Shown piece after piece: positions 18,046 through 28,631 of a DNA stretch of 64,000 bases. The notes below the pieces were generated by a model. The model was not told the DNA's origin. It saw only the letters and a program-made list of their open reading frames with translations, and did no database searches. Within the stretch, counting starts at the first letter, position 1. The number at the start of each line of letters is the position of its first letter. The stretch is from Microcoleus sp. (GTDB lineage: Bacteria; Cyanobacteriota; Cyanobacteriia; Cyanobacteriales; Microcoleaceae): contig CP181291.1 of NCBI GenBank assembly GCA_052279835.1, positions 5,184,001-5,248,000 of the forward strand, read 5' to 3'. A program made the position numbers and the translations under genes.

Positions 18046-19266
18046 TTAAGCGCTTCTCAAGGCGGCGATCGCGTCTAGTTTTGCTGCTTGGCGGGCTGGG
18101 ACAACTCCAAAGAAGAGGCCGACAGTACCGGAGACGCTGACTGCAAGGGCGATCGCCACGGGGGATATTCCAGCTTGTAGGGGTGTGAAATTAGCGATGA
18201 GTAAAATGCCACTGACACCGACAAAAGTGCCGACTAGGCCTCCGGCGGCGGATAAAATTACAGCTTCGATAATAAATTGAAACAAAATATCTTGTTGGGA
18301 TGCTCCGATCGCCTTTCTGAGCCCAATTTCCTGAGTACGTTCGCTCACCGACACCAGCATAATGTTCATAATCCCAATCCCACCTACTAACAAAGAAATG
18401 CTAGCAACGGCAGTTAACATAATTGTCAAAGCCCCAGAAATTGCCCCCATTCTTGCCATTAAATCTTTCTGATTTCTGACAGTAAAATCATCTTCTATGG
18501 TAGTTTTATGTCGCAATCTCAGCAGGTTTTCTACCTGAAATTGAGCTGCATCCATTTTCGATTCATCTTTAATAGAAATATATATAGATGTCACAGCTAA
18601 ACCGTAGGGAGATTTTCGCCCGACAATGCGGTTTGCCATTGTGGCGATCGGTACTACGGCAGAATTGTCATAATTAGTACCAAAAGATGTGCCTTTTGGT
18701 GCTAATACTCCAATTATTTTCATACTGACATTTTTAATCCGCACTTGTTGGTCAAGAGGATTAGTATTACCAAAGAGTTTCTCCGCTAATTCTGAACCAA
18801 GAACCACAACTTGGTTGTTTTCTTTGACATCAATATCTGTTAAAAACCGCCCCTTTGCCATTTCAAAGCTTCGGACTTGCAGAAATTCGGGAATTGTGCC
18901 AAAAATCAAAGAAGAAACATTTTTATTGCTGTAGCGAACGATTTCGGAACTGTTAAGTTCTGCGGAAACGCCTTGAACCGAGGGGACTTGAGAGGCGATC
19001 GCATTAGCATCTTCTACTATTAGTGTCTGAGGTGCATTGCTAATTGCGCTACGCCTAGCATTGGGTACTCCAGGCCTCACGATTAATACGTTGGTACCGA
19101 GGGATTGAACTTGTCCTGCGACATATTTTTGAGCTCCTTCTCCGACTCCAATCATCGCAATTACTGAGGCGTTACCCACAATCATTCCAATCATGGTTAA
19201 ACTGCTGCGGGTTTTGTTGGCTAGCAGGGTTTGACCGGCCATTTTGAGGCTTTCAATAAAATTCAT
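18046..19266 (-). CDS. MacB/FtsX-family ABC transporter permease
   Basis: RSSLTMIGMIVG, SLLVGGIGIMNIMLVSVSERTQEIGLRKAIGA. Confidence 0.93.
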   Translation of the reverse strand: MNFIESLKMAGQTLLANKTRSSLTMIGMIVGNASVIAMIGVGEGAQKYVAGQVQSLGTNVLIVRPGVPNARRSAISNAPQTLIVEDANAIASQVPSVQGVSAELNSSEIVRYSNKNVSSLIFGTIPEFLQVRSFEMAKGRFLTDIDVKENNQVVVLGSELAEKLFGNTNPLDQQVRIKNVSMKIIGVLAPKGTSFGTNYDNSAVVPIATMANRIVGRKSPYGLAVTSIYISIKDESKMDAAQFQVENLLRLRHKTTIEDDFTVRNQKDLMARMGAISGALTIMLTAVASISLLVGGIGIMNIMLVSVSERTQEIGLRKAIGASQQDILFQFIIEAVILSAAGGLVGTFVGVSGILLIANFTPLQAGISPVAIALAVSVSGTVGLFFGVVPARQAAKLDAIAALRSA

Positions 19267-19267
19267 A

Positions 19268-19378
19268 ATTGGGGAATGGGGAATTGGGCATCGGGTATCG
19301 GGAATTGGGAATTGAAACCAACAAATGACTAATAACTAATGACTAATAACTAATGACTAATAACTAATGACTAATGAC
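19268..19378. repeat. Heptamer tandem repeats
   Basis: TGGGGAA/TGGGCAT-type and (AATGACT/AATAACT)n repeats. Confidence 0.75.
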
Positions 19379-19381
19379 TTC

Positions 19382-20599
19382 TTAAGCACTTCGGAGTGCA
19401 ACAATTGGGTCTAGTTTTGCAGCTTGTTTTGCGGGTACGATGCCGAAAAATAAACCAATGCTACCGGAAACACCGACTGCAAGGGCGATCGCCACGGGAG
19501 AAACACTAGCTTGCAAAGGAGTAAAAGCAGATACCAAAAGCACGCCACCAATACCAAATCCAGTGCCGATCGCCCCACCGGCCGCCGATAAAATCACCGA
19601 TTCAATCATAAACTGAATTAAGATATCTTGCTCCGATGCTCCGATCGCCTTTCTGAGTCCAATTTCCTTAGTGCGCTCAGTCACAGAAACCAGCATAATA
19701 TTCATAATCCCGATCCCACCGACCAAAAGCGAAATTGCCGCCACAAAAGCCAACATCAACGTTAAAGCCGCTGTAATACTACCCAAAGTATTCATCAAAT
19801 CTTTCTGATTTCTGACAGTAAAATCATCCTCCTTAGTAATTTTGTGACGCAATCTTAGCAGATTTTCTATTTGAAATTGCGCCGCTTGCATCATATTTTC
19901 ATCTTTGATAGAAACCGAAATAAATGTAACTTTTGTACCGTAGGGAGAAGTTCTACCCACGATCCGATTTGCCATCGTTGTCAGCGGCAAATAAACATTC
20001 ATATCTTGATTGTCACCAAAGCTAGAACCCTTAGCCTGCATCACTCCAATCACTTGAAAAGTCGAATTTTTGATTCGGATATATTGACCAATTGGCGGTG
20101 TATTACCAAACAATTGTTCGGCAGCTTCGGAACCTAAAGCTACTACATTTTCTTGTCGGGCTAAATCTAGTTTATTTAAAAAACGACCTTGGGCAATATC
20201 AAAACTTCTAACTGTCAGAAACTCTGGAGTAGTTCCTACAACAGAAGACGAAACATTTTTGTTACGATAGGTAACGAGTTGACTATCATTGAGAGTTGGT
20301 GCAACTTCTTGGACAGAAGGAACTTGAGAGGCGATCGCCTCTGAATCCTCCAACACCAAAGTCTGAGGTGGAATCACGGGGCGACTTTGTGCTTCGGGAC
20401 TTCCAGGAATAATAAATAGCAAGTTGGAACCCAGAGAGTTAACTTGTCCCTCGATAAAGGTTTGAGCTCCTTCACCAATGCCAATCATAGAAATTACGGA
20501 AGCATTACCGATGATAATTCCTAACATCGTCAAGCTACTGCGAAGTTTGTTTGCCATCAAAGTTGTGACGGCCATTTTGACGCTTTCAACAATATCCAT
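19382..20599 (-). CDS. MacB/FtsX-family ABC transporter permease (paralog)
   Basis: Same motifs as the 18046-19266 permease; high similarity. Confidence 0.93.
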   Translation of the reverse strand: MDIVESVKMAVTTLMANKLRSSLTMLGIIIGNASVISMIGIGEGAQTFIEGQVNSLGSNLLFIIPGSPEAQSRPVIPPQTLVLEDSEAIASQVPSVQEVAPTLNDSQLVTYRNKNVSSSVVGTTPEFLTVRSFDIAQGRFLNKLDLARQENVVALGSEAAEQLFGNTPPIGQYIRIKNSTFQVIGVMQAKGSSFGDNQDMNVYLPLTTMANRIVGRTSPYGTKVTFISVSIKDENMMQAAQFQIENLLRLRHKITKEDDFTVRNQKDLMNTLGSITAALTLMLAFVAAISLLVGGIGIMNIMLVSVTERTKEIGLRKAIGASEQDILIQFMIESVILSAAGGAIGTGFGIGGVLLVSAFTPLQASVSPVAIALAVGVSGSIGLFFGIVPAKQAAKLDPIVALRSA

Positions 20600-20604
20600 A
20601 GTTT

Positions 20605-20772
20605 TTAGTTATTAGTTATTAGTCATTAGTTATTAGTTATTAGTTATTAGTTATTAGTTATTAGTTATTAGTTATTAGTTATTAGTTATTAGTTATTAGT
20701 CATTAGTTATTAGTCATTAGTTATTAGTCATTAGTTATTGGTCATTAGTTATTAGTTATTGGTCATTAGTTA
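20605..20772. repeat. (TTATTAG/TCATTAG)n heptamer array
   Basis: More than 20 tandem units. Confidence 0.9.
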
Positions 20773-20802
20773 TATCATGTCCGCGTCAATAAACGTAAAT
20801 TC

Positions 20803-20866
20803 TGTAGGGCGGGTTCACCCGTATCTATGCTTTAAATCCAGGATATTGTAAACCCGCCCTGCCACA
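20803..20866. repeat. GTAG-type paired REP element
   Basis: TGTAGGGCGGGTTCAC ... GTAAACCCGCCCT. Confidence 0.6.
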
Positions 20867-20867
20867 G

Positions 20868-20926
20868 CTAATGACTAATGACTAATGACTAATGACTAAT
20901 GACTAATGACTAATGACTAATGACTA
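20868..20926. repeat. (CTAATGA)n heptamer array
   Basis: About 8 units, abutting the stop codon of the MFP gene. Confidence 0.9.
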
Positions 20927-22777
20927 TTTCTGATTCTTGATAATATCCTCCAACTTCTTACCTTGAGGAAGTTCTGTGAACACCCGATCGCCAGCCTTCG
21001 CACCCTCCAAAATCTGAATCTTATTACCTATGGTTGAACCAATGGTAACTGGGTGAAACTTAGGCTGCTGTTTCTCATCGGGAATCAACACACCTGTTTG
21101 ACCTTTATTCGTCACAATTGCCACCGTCGGCACAACTAAAGCATTGCTCAACTTTTGACCCACAAATCTCAAATCTACATTCATCCCCGACTGCAACAAA
21201 TCTTTGCCCGTATCTATGGCTACTCGGACTTGAAATAACGTCACATCCCGTTCTTTGACAGCTTCTGGGGCAATTAATTTAACGCGGCCTTTAAAAACTT
21301 TATCTGGATAAGCATCGGCAACTATTTCCACTACTTGACCCGGTTTAATTTGACTAATATCGGCTTCCGGGACTTTCGCTAAGACTTCCACATCTCTTGC
21401 TAAAGCCACAATCGATGTCGAAGTTGCCGAAGTAGCTTCAGATGCCGAAGTTGCCGGAGTCACAAAAGCTCCTTGGATGGCGTACCTTTGGGTAATTATT
21501 CCTGCAAAGGGAGCGCGAACTTTGGTATCTTCTAACTGTACTTCTTGATAACGGACTTGAGCTTGAGCTTCGGCTAAGTCAGCTTTAGCTTGTGCTACTT
21601 CTTCTGGGCGAGAGCCGTTTACTTGTACTGCTAATTGGCTTTTTGCTTCGGCAACTGCTGCTTGGGCTTTGGCTATTTCTTCTGGACGATTGCCGTTTTC
21701 TAATTGTGTTAATTTGCTTTTGGCTTCAGAAACTTCTGCTTCGGCTTTGGCTATTGCTTCCGATCGCGTCCCGTTTTTCAATTGGTTTAATCCTTGCTGC
21801 TCGACTTCAACAGCAGCTTGGAGTTGTTTGATTTGGGACAGTCGATTTTCTTGCAGTTGTTGCAGGCGTCTTTGGGATTCTGTTACTTTAGCTTGGGCAG
21901 TCCGATTTTCTTTGATTAATTCATCCAGTTTATCTTGAGCCAGAGCACCTTCTTTGACTAATGACCGATTGCGTTCCACCCGTTGAGCTGTTAGTTCGGC
22001 TTGGGCTTTACTGGATTCAATTTGGGTTTGTGCTTGGGCAATTTCTTGTTTTAAACTACCCGTTTGAGCATCTGCTAAACGAGCTTGGGCTTGGGCTAAT
22101 CTCGCTCGCCCTTGGCTAACTTCTTCGACGCGATTACCGGCTCGTAGTTGCTGCAACCCGGCTTGACTTTGTTGCAAGCGGGCTCTGGCTCCTGCGACTT
22201 CTTCCACCCGACTGCCGGCTTGGAGTTGAGCGAGACTGGCTTCGGCTTGATCTAAGCGGGCTTGGGCACTGGCGATGTCTTCCGAGCGATTCCCGGCCTC
22301 TATTTTGGCAAGTCTGGCTCGAATGCTAGTTTCTCTGGCTTTGGCTTGTTGGAGTTGGGCTTCGACGTCGCGACTTTCCATGCGGGCAATAATTTGTCCG
22401 GCTTCGACGCGATCGCCCTGTTCGACAAATAATTCTGCAATCCGCCCGGACCCTTTGGGGCTGAGATTCACGCGCTGTACCGGCTGCACCGTGCCGCTAG
22501 ATGTGATCCGCACGGTGAGGTTTTGCGATTCCACCGGCACTGTCATGGTGGCGATCGGATCTACTTTGGGCTGGGATTTACTCTTTACTATATAGATGGT
22601 GGTCGGTACAGCTATCAACCCTGCGGCCAGCAGCCCGATCGCCCACCGTTTCGATTTGGGCGCGGGTTTTTTGGGGGACTGCTTTTGAGCGGTTTTGGTA
22701 TCTGCAATCTGGGTATCTGCCGTCTTCGTATCTTCCACTTGGACTTGAGCAGTTTCCTTTTTAGGGCTAACGATCAT
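20924..22777 (-). CDS. Efflux periplasmic adaptor (HlyD/MacA-type MFP) with extended coiled-coil
   Basis: N-terminal TM; GRIAELFVEQGDRVEAGQ and VRAPFAGII lipoyl halves; repeated GxRxEE helices. Confidence 0.9.
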   Translation of the reverse strand: MIVSPKKETAQVQVEDTKTADTQIADTKTAQKQSPKKPAPKSKRWAIGLLAAGLIAVPTTIYIVKSKSQPKVDPIATMTVPVESQNLTVRITSSGTVQPVQRVNLSPKGSGRIAELFVEQGDRVEAGQIIARMESRDVEAQLQQAKARETSIRARLAKIEAGNRSEDIASAQARLDQAEASLAQLQAGSRVEEVAGARARLQQSQAGLQQLRAGNRVEEVSQGRARLAQAQARLADAQTGSLKQEIAQAQTQIESSKAQAELTAQRVERNRSLVKEGALAQDKLDELIKENRTAQAKVTESQRRLQQLQENRLSQIKQLQAAVEVEQQGLNQLKNGTRSEAIAKAEAEVSEAKSKLTQLENGNRPEEIAKAQAAVAEAKSQLAVQVNGSRPEEVAQAKADLAEAQAQVRYQEVQLEDTKVRAPFAGIITQRYAIQGAFVTPATSASEATSATSTSIVALARDVEVLAKVPEADISQIKPGQVVEIVADAYPDKVFKGRVKLIAPEAVKERDVTLFQVRVAIDTGKDLLQSGMNVDLRFVGQKLSNALVVPTVAIVTNKGQTGVLIPDEKQQPKFHPVTIGSTIGNKIQILEGAKAGDRVFTELPQGKKLEDIIKNQK

Positions 22778-23004
22778 ACCGAGTCACCTAATTTAATCTC
22801 AGGATTACCTTAAAGGTAAAGTTTTTGTTAATGTTTGGCATCGTCTTTGAGACTCATCCGATCGGGTGATTTCAAAAAAGTTCCCAAATCAACATCTATT
22901 AAGAATTATATACCCTATTTGACATCTTTGAACCTGGCCAGGTAAAATCCCTTGCCCTGAAGCTTGTCTGGGCGGAAAATAAGTTATTCAAAAAATCAAG
23001 GCAC

Positions 23005-23037
23005 AAATAAAAACCGGGCAACTCCAAAGCTACCCGG
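23005..23037 (-). terminator. Intrinsic terminator of fbaA
   Basis: Minus strand CCGGGTAGC-TTTGGA-GTTGCCCGG then TTTTTATTT. Confidence 0.75.
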
Positions 23038-23096
23038 AAATCCGAAATTTTAGACTTTCAACTAATCCAAAATCTAAAATCTAAACCTTAAAATTC

Positions 23097-24176
23097 TTAA
23101 ACAGTTACAGCTTTCTTAGCACTAGAGCTCAATTCGCCTTTAGCATATTTAGCTGCAAAATCATCCAAAGACATTTGCTTGATTTTTGTACCGTGGCCAG
23201 CACAGCCAAAAGATTGATAGCGATCGCTACAAACTTTTTGCATATACTTGATCGATGGCTTCAGGAAGTGACGGGGGTCGAACTCATCGGGCTTGGCAAA
23301 CAAAGCTTCGCGCACCGCAGCGGTAATCGCCAAACGGTTGTCAGTATCGATATTGATCTTGCGAACGCCGCACTTAATTCCCTTTTGGATTTCTTCGACG
23401 GGTACGCCGTAGGTTTCGCGGATTTTGCCACCGTTGCTGTTGATGATTTCCAGCAATTCTTGGGGCACAGAAGAAGAACCGTGCATTACCAAGTGAGTGT
23501 TTGGTAAGCGGCGGTGAATTTCTTCAATGCGGCTGATTGCCAAAATTTCGCCAGTGGGCTTGCGAGTAAACTTGTAAGCGCCGTGAGAAGTGCCGATCGC
23601 CACTGCTAGAGCATCAACGCCGGTTTGCTCAACGAAATCAACTGCTTGTTCGGGATCTGTCAACAATTGATCGTGAGACAGAGCGCCTTCAAAGCCGTGG
23701 CCGTCTTCTGCTTCGCCCATCCCGGTTTCCAGAGAGCCCAAGCAACCCAGTTCACCTTCGACGCTAACGCCGATGGAATGAGCCACATTCACGACATCGC
23801 GAGTAACTTGAACATTGTACTCGTAGCTAGCAGGAGTTTTAGCATCTGCTTCCAAAGAACCGTCCATCATCACGCTGGTGAAACCTTGGCGCATGGCAGA
23901 ATAGCAAGTACCGGGGGCATTGCCGTGGTCTTGGTGCATGGAAATGGGGATGTGAGGATAGGTTTCAACTGCGGCCAAAATCAAGTGGCGCAGGAAGTTT
24001 TCCCCAGCGTAGGAGCGAGCGCCGCGAGAAGCTTGCAGGATCACGGGGCTGTTGGTTTCGTCAGCAGCACGCATGATGGCTTGGATTTGCTCCATGTTAT
24101 TGACGTTGTAAGCCGGTAGGCCGTAACCATTTTCAGCCGCGTGGTCGAGCAGCAGTCGCATAGGTACTAGCGCCAT
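23097..24176 (-). CDS. fbaA: Class II fructose-bisphosphate aldolase
   Basis: [49 protein letters not shown]. Confidence 0.97.
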   Translation of the reverse strand: MALVPMRLLLDHAAENGYGLPAYNVNNMEQIQAIMRAADETNSPVILQASRGARSYAGENFLRHLILAAVETYPHIPISMHQDHGNAPGTCYSAMRQGFTSVMMDGSLEADAKTPASYEYNVQVTRDVVNVAHSIGVSVEGELGCLGSLETGMGEAEDGHGFEGALSHDQLLTDPEQAVDFVEQTGVDALAVAIGTSHGAYKFTRKPTGEILAISRIEEIHRRLPNTHLVMHGSSSVPQELLEIINSNGGKIRETYGVPVEEIQKGIKCGVRKINIDTDNRLAITAAVREALFAKPDEFDPRHFLKPSIKYMQKVCSDRYQSFGCAGHGTKIKQMSLDDFAAKYAKGELSSSAKKAVTV

Positions 24177-24310
24177 AGATATTCCTCCTAATTATTTGTG
24201 GTTTCTGGCCAGTGAATTTTGGACAAGTTCAATTCTTACGACAATCTTAAGACAATTTGCTACCGATCGCGCAGGATGTTTCCAGATTTCAATTGAAAAT
24301 TCTACCTACT

Positions 24311-24348
24311 AAAACATTGAGTTCTGAGTGTTATACTCAGAACTCAAT
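24311..24348 (-). terminator. Hairpin terminator downstream of the tRNA
   Basis: 14-bp perfect stem ATTGAGTTCTGAGT/ACTCAGAACTCAAT with a short U-tail on the minus strand. Confidence 0.6.
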
Positions 24349-24371
24349 ATTTCTTGTTTGATGTTGATTTA

Positions 24372-24443
24372 TGGGTCGCCCGGGATTTGAACCCGAGACC
24401 AATCGGTTAAAAGCCGAATGCTCTACCGCTGAGCTAGCGACCC
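24372..24443 (-). tRNA. trnK: tRNA-Lys (UUU)
   Basis: GGGTCGCTAGCTCAGCGGTAGAGCATTCGGCTTTTAACCGATTGGTCTCGGGTTCAAATCCCGGGCGACCCA folds as a cloverleaf; anticodon TTT. Confidence 0.96.
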
Positions 24444-24510
24444 GCGTAACCATTGTTACCGCGCACATTTACTAATAGTAGCACCCATCATTTTAAATAG
24501 CAAGTCTTTT

Positions 24511-25410
24511 TTACAAAAAAGTTGCCGTCATCCGCACCAACATCTCGCAAGTCGCGCCGGGGGGCAAATACATCAAGTGTTCGCCTGTGTTTAGGGCATT
24601 CCGAGGAGCAGTCCAAGGTTCCAAACAGTAAAAATCCTTGCCTTTGAGCATCCAGAACACCAACTTGCCATAGCTAGAGCTGTAACTAAGGGTGAGGCGC
24701 AAATCGCGAGCCGAGTCAGTGATAGTAGCAGCTAGGCCAGTGAGTTCATCAAAGGAAACATCTATTTCATCCAGGTTGGGGTCAAAAACTCCGGTGAAAT
24801 AACCCTTGGAGTGAGTGTTCTGATCTCTGTACTGCATCCCCGGAATTTCAAAGCGGAGCTGGGATTTGTCCTCTGCTAAAAAGTAAGGGTGTAAGCCGCT
24901 AGAAAAGGGCATCGGTTCCTCAGACAGATTGGTGTATCGCTGAAAAATTTCCAAAGCATTGCCTTTAATCTGATAAGTAAAGGCTAGTTGGAAATCAAAG
25001 GGATAAACAGCCAGGGTCTTGTCGCTACTTTCGAGCATCAGGGTAACAGCGGCGCAACCATCCGTCACCATTTCCTCTACCGTCCAAGGTAAATCGCGAG
25101 CAAAGCCGTGCTGTTTGAGTTGCCGCTCCACTCCCTTGTGTGTGTAGGTATTGTCGGGGAGATTGCCACAGATGGGAAACAGGATCGGCACTCCGCCTCG
25201 TACAGTCAAATCGGGATTGGTGAACCGTTCGGTGTCTAAGTATAAGATTTCTTTGCCTTCAACCAGCCAGCTAGTGGCAATACCGCCTCGTTCCGGCACA
25301 ACTTCGAGAGTGGAGTTAGCGGTTTCGTCAGAGAGGACGTAGGTTTTGTACTGCTTTTGCTTGAGCGCGATCGCAAACACATTTGTCATCGGTAGTAGGT
25401 CATGGATCAT
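24511..25410 (-). CDS. Aldose 1-epimerase family protein (start may be 25389)
   Basis: RGGVPILFPICG, QHGFARD, GLHPYF, FYCLEPW. Confidence 0.9.
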   Translation of the reverse strand: MIHDLLPMTNVFAIALKQKQYKTYVLSDETANSTLEVVPERGGIATSWLVEGKEILYLDTERFTNPDLTVRGGVPILFPICGNLPDNTYTHKGVERQLKQHGFARDLPWTVEEMVTDGCAAVTLMLESSDKTLAVYPFDFQLAFTYQIKGNALEIFQRYTNLSEEPMPFSSGLHPYFLAEDKSQLRFEIPGMQYRDQNTHSKGYFTGVFDPNLDEIDVSFDELTGLAATITDSARDLRLTLSYSSSYGKLVFWMLKGKDFYCLEPWTAPRNALNTGEHLMYLPPGATCEMLVRMTATFL

Positions 25411-25503
25411 TGGTTGTCAGTCAATTTGTGGTTAGTAGTTAGTCGCCCATTTGTTGCTACCCCTTGGACTCTCATTTCTTCCCTCGGTAGTCCTCCCTGC
25501 TGG

Positions 25504-27585
25504 TTAACCTATCTTTGCAGATAGGGGAGGCAAGGCGATCGGCTTGTAGTCGCTGGAGGTTTTTTTAGCTGGGAGCAGCGCTGTGGGAGTCGGTGGTTTG
25601 ACCGCGAGTTTGAAGGATACAGACTGAGTTGGGGGAAGATAACTTTGGGGACCGCTTCCTGTTGGCGAACTCGGAGATGGCGGCGAAATGAACGGTTCTT
25701 TGATGAATGGCTCTTTGGTAAATGGATCTGATTCGCCACTGGGTTTTTGACGTTCACCTTGGTAGATGCGGGGTGGCAAATCTTTACTCGGAGGCGGGCT
25801 TGACTCAACAGCCGGAAAGTTTCCGTTCTCAAAAAATGACGAATTTTCTTGCTGTTTGGGTGCCACGGGCAAAGTGGGCAAACTACGATTTGGTTTGATT
25901 TGTCTTGGCTGGGGTTGGCTACTTTCACCTCCTAGGGAAGGGGCATCTGGCTGGGATTTTTGTGTACGGTTCTTAATCACTCCTGGTAATTGAGAATTCG
26001 GATTTTTTTGGTCTGGTACTCCCGACAATGGGGCTTCTAGAACTACTTGCGATCGCATCGGTCGATCGAAGATACTCGAAATCTGCTCGACGTGCTTGAG
26101 GATGCGATCGCCCGCTGCTCCTGTCACCACCTTCGGCTGAAACTTTTTTACCTCCACAGGCAGAAACTCTACTTTCATGTTTCTGTCTTTGAGCGATACT
26201 TTCAGCACTGCTGTGTCGTAATCGCTACGAGCATTGCCCCCAAAGATAAAATTTCCCAGGGAGTAAACTATCGGTCTGCCTTTGTAAACTTCCGCACCTT
26301 GCAGAACATGGGGGTGGTGTCCTACCACCAAATCAGCACCTTGGTCGATCGTGAACCGAGCCAAATCTATCTGCCAATCCCCTGGATAATCTGCCAATTC
26401 TACTCCCCAGTGATAATTCACAATAATCCAGTCTACCTGACCCCTGAGAGCTCGAATATCCTCCGCCACACGGTTATTGCGGCGCGGGTTAGTTCCTGCT
26501 GTCCCCAAGTCGGCAGCGTGGAGGTCAGAATCGTAGTAACCAAGGTAAGCGATCCGCTGACCCTTAACTTCAATAATATCTGGACGCCTTGCTTCTTTAA
26601 TATTTTTGCCGGCTCCCAGATGCTGAATTCCCGCATTATTTAGAGTATTTATAGTTTCCACCAGTCCAGGTTCCTGGTAGTCCATAGCGTGGCTATTTGC
26701 TAGATTGACAATATCCACTCCGCCTGCTGTTAATACTTTGACCAGTTCTGGATCGGCCTGAAAATTTAATTGTTTTTTATTTTTACCCAAGCTAGAGCGA
26801 GTCAGGGGATTTTCTAGGTTCACCATCGCCACATCTGCTTTGCGATATTCTTCCATGTTTGCGAAGGCCCAATCGTAGCCTCTGTCTGCCACTTTGGAAA
26901 ACGCATCTAATAGATTCACATTCCCGCCGAACATCAGAGTAACAGTAGGGTCATAAGGATTGGCAACTCGATCGAGCTTTACTACTGGTAATGTTTCTAA
27001 AGCTCCTTGTACGGTGTTCCCGCGCTTGGGAGGAGGACCGGACATTACTGCCACTTTCTGGTATGCAGAGGTGGGCGGGTCTAACCGCATCACCAGAGCT
27101 TCTTGGTATGTCACCCAACAACCTAATATAAATGAAGCCAGTGATGAACCGACTAGGAGTAGAGAACGATAGCTTTTAAATTTAACCCAATCGAATACCA
27201 GCAGGGAACGGTAACGTCGCCGTCCCCGATTTGCCGGAGTGACGATGCGTACTGATTGTTTCCAAAGAATTTCTGGTTCTCCTGCTAAACGCGCGTGAAT
27301 TCTCACGCCTTCTACTGCTGGCGAGTTAAGTCTCCACAGTTGGTGACAAATGAATTTGACTACACCTTCTCGCAGAGTGCTCCCCAGTAGTGTGGCATCT
27401 GAAGCAAAGTCGCGCTGAAATTCTACCAAGATTTGCACGCATCCAGCCTGAGCCTCTTCGACGCGGGCATAAATCCCTTCTGGTCGCAGCAAACTGTCTA
27501 TCCAATAATTAAGCGCTTGAAAGTTACCCGATCGCGCTAGCTCCAGAATAGACGGCTGCGACCAATTTTCTGCATATACCATCAA
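25504..27585 (-). CDS. CapA/PGA_cap metallophosphoesterase family protein with Pro-rich tail
   Basis: NLENP, LANSHAMDY, HWGVE, GHHPHVLQ, YSLGNF; central TM helix. Confidence 0.88.
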   Translation of the reverse strand: MMVYAENWSQPSILELARSGNFQALNYWIDSLLRPEGIYARVEEAQAGCVQILVEFQRDFASDATLLGSTLREGVVKFICHQLWRLNSPAVEGVRIHARLAGEPEILWKQSVRIVTPANRGRRRYRSLLVFDWVKFKSYRSLLLVGSSLASFILGCWVTYQEALVMRLDPPTSAYQKVAVMSGPPPKRGNTVQGALETLPVVKLDRVANPYDPTVTLMFGGNVNLLDAFSKVADRGYDWAFANMEEYRKADVAMVNLENPLTRSSLGKNKKQLNFQADPELVKVLTAGGVDIVNLANSHAMDYQEPGLVETINTLNNAGIQHLGAGKNIKEARRPDIIEVKGQRIAYLGYYDSDLHAADLGTAGTNPRRNNRVAEDIRALRGQVDWIIVNYHWGVELADYPGDWQIDLARFTIDQGADLVVGHHPHVLQGAEVYKGRPIVYSLGNFIFGGNARSDYDTAVLKVSLKDRNMKVEFLPVEVKKFQPKVVTGAAGDRILKHVEQISSIFDRPMRSQVVLEAPLSGVPDQKNPNSQLPGVIKNRTQKSQPDAPSLGGESSQPQPRQIKPNRSLPTLPVAPKQQENSSFFENGNFPAVESSPPPSKDLPPRIYQGERQKPSGESDPFTKEPFIKEPFISPPSPSSPTGSGPQSYLPPTQSVSFKLAVKPPTPTALLPAKKTSSDYKPIALPPLSAKIG

Positions 27586-28220
27586 TTAGCCTCCTTAACA
27601 CGCTTCACTCGCGCTGACTTCAATTTTGTTTTAACGGAACCGCAATTTTCTTAGCTTAACCGCCACAGGTTCCGCTGCCCGCTTTGAAGCTAGTTATTGG
27701 CCGCCACCATTTTCTACATTTAGTTACCCACTGCTGTCAGTGACTTCCATCACAATTGGCTAATTTTAATCATGACCTTTGGTGATCAGTGGCACAATTT
27801 GCGGAAAAATGGATGGGCGATCGAAATTTCTTTGCAGAGTCTGTTTTTATTATCCTTGTTTGAGTGCCGTTTTGGCCCTCAATCTGCACATAGTTAGACC
27901 CGACAGTCAGTTCGCCAGTGCCAGCAAACCCCGCTACTCAAACGGGGTTTGCTGGCAAGGGCGAGAGGATGTTTGGCAGTAAGAGGGTGGTTCGATCGAT
28001 CGCCCTCATACAGCCACAGCATAAACTGTGACAATATAAATGGCGTAGTAGGTAGATTTAGTGATATTATTTAATTTGGTAATTCCCATCGGTTTCAAAA
28101 TTTTGGAAAACGTGAAACTGGCTAGTCTATCGGGCTGTGCCTTCCGATGTAAAGCTCAAAGTACGTTAATGTAAACAGGCAATCTTTTAAGCAAGTTACA
28201 CTGCGCAGGAGAACTGACAA

Positions 28221-28532
28221 ATGCTACAGCGCAAAATCTATCAACTCTGTTGTGATGGTCGTGAGGTTTCTATTTTTCTTCGAGATCAGCAACGTTGGAT
28301 AGAGCGCGCTCGTATCCTAGATATTGAAGGGGATCTAGTCACGCTGCGCTACGAAACCGACGAAGAAGACGAACTCAGCTCTTGGGAAGAAATGGTGCGT
28401 CTAGAGAGTATTGGCTCTGTGTCCCAAAAACTGGCTTCGGTGTCGAGAACTAACTGCGAGCCCCTAGTTTCTGACGATTGTCCAGAAGCAGAACAAATTC
28501 GCAATCACTACCCAGACTCTAGTTTGGAATAG
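28221..28532 (+). CDS. Conserved cyanobacterial hypothetical protein (DUF6679-like)
   Basis: AGGAG RBS; compact beta-rich sequence resembling a known cyanobacterial family, recalled from memory. Confidence 0.7.
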   Translation: MLQRKIYQLCCDGREVSIFLRDQQRWIERARILDIEGDLVTLRYETDEEDELSSWEEMVRLESIGSVSQKLASVSRTNCEPLVSDDCPEAEQIRNHYPDSSLE

Positions 28533-28631
28533 TTTTCAGATTCTGTCTAGGCAGGAAATCACACTGGGGAGATTAGAAAATAACTTTTCTCCCTTTTTTG
28601 CGCTCTGTTTCTGTTGTAGTTGAACAGGGAA

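Noticed and set aside
24372..24443. tRNA-Lys as an island integration site
   Set aside because: No integrase, and I found no duplicated tRNA 3' end; it is flanked by housekeeping genes
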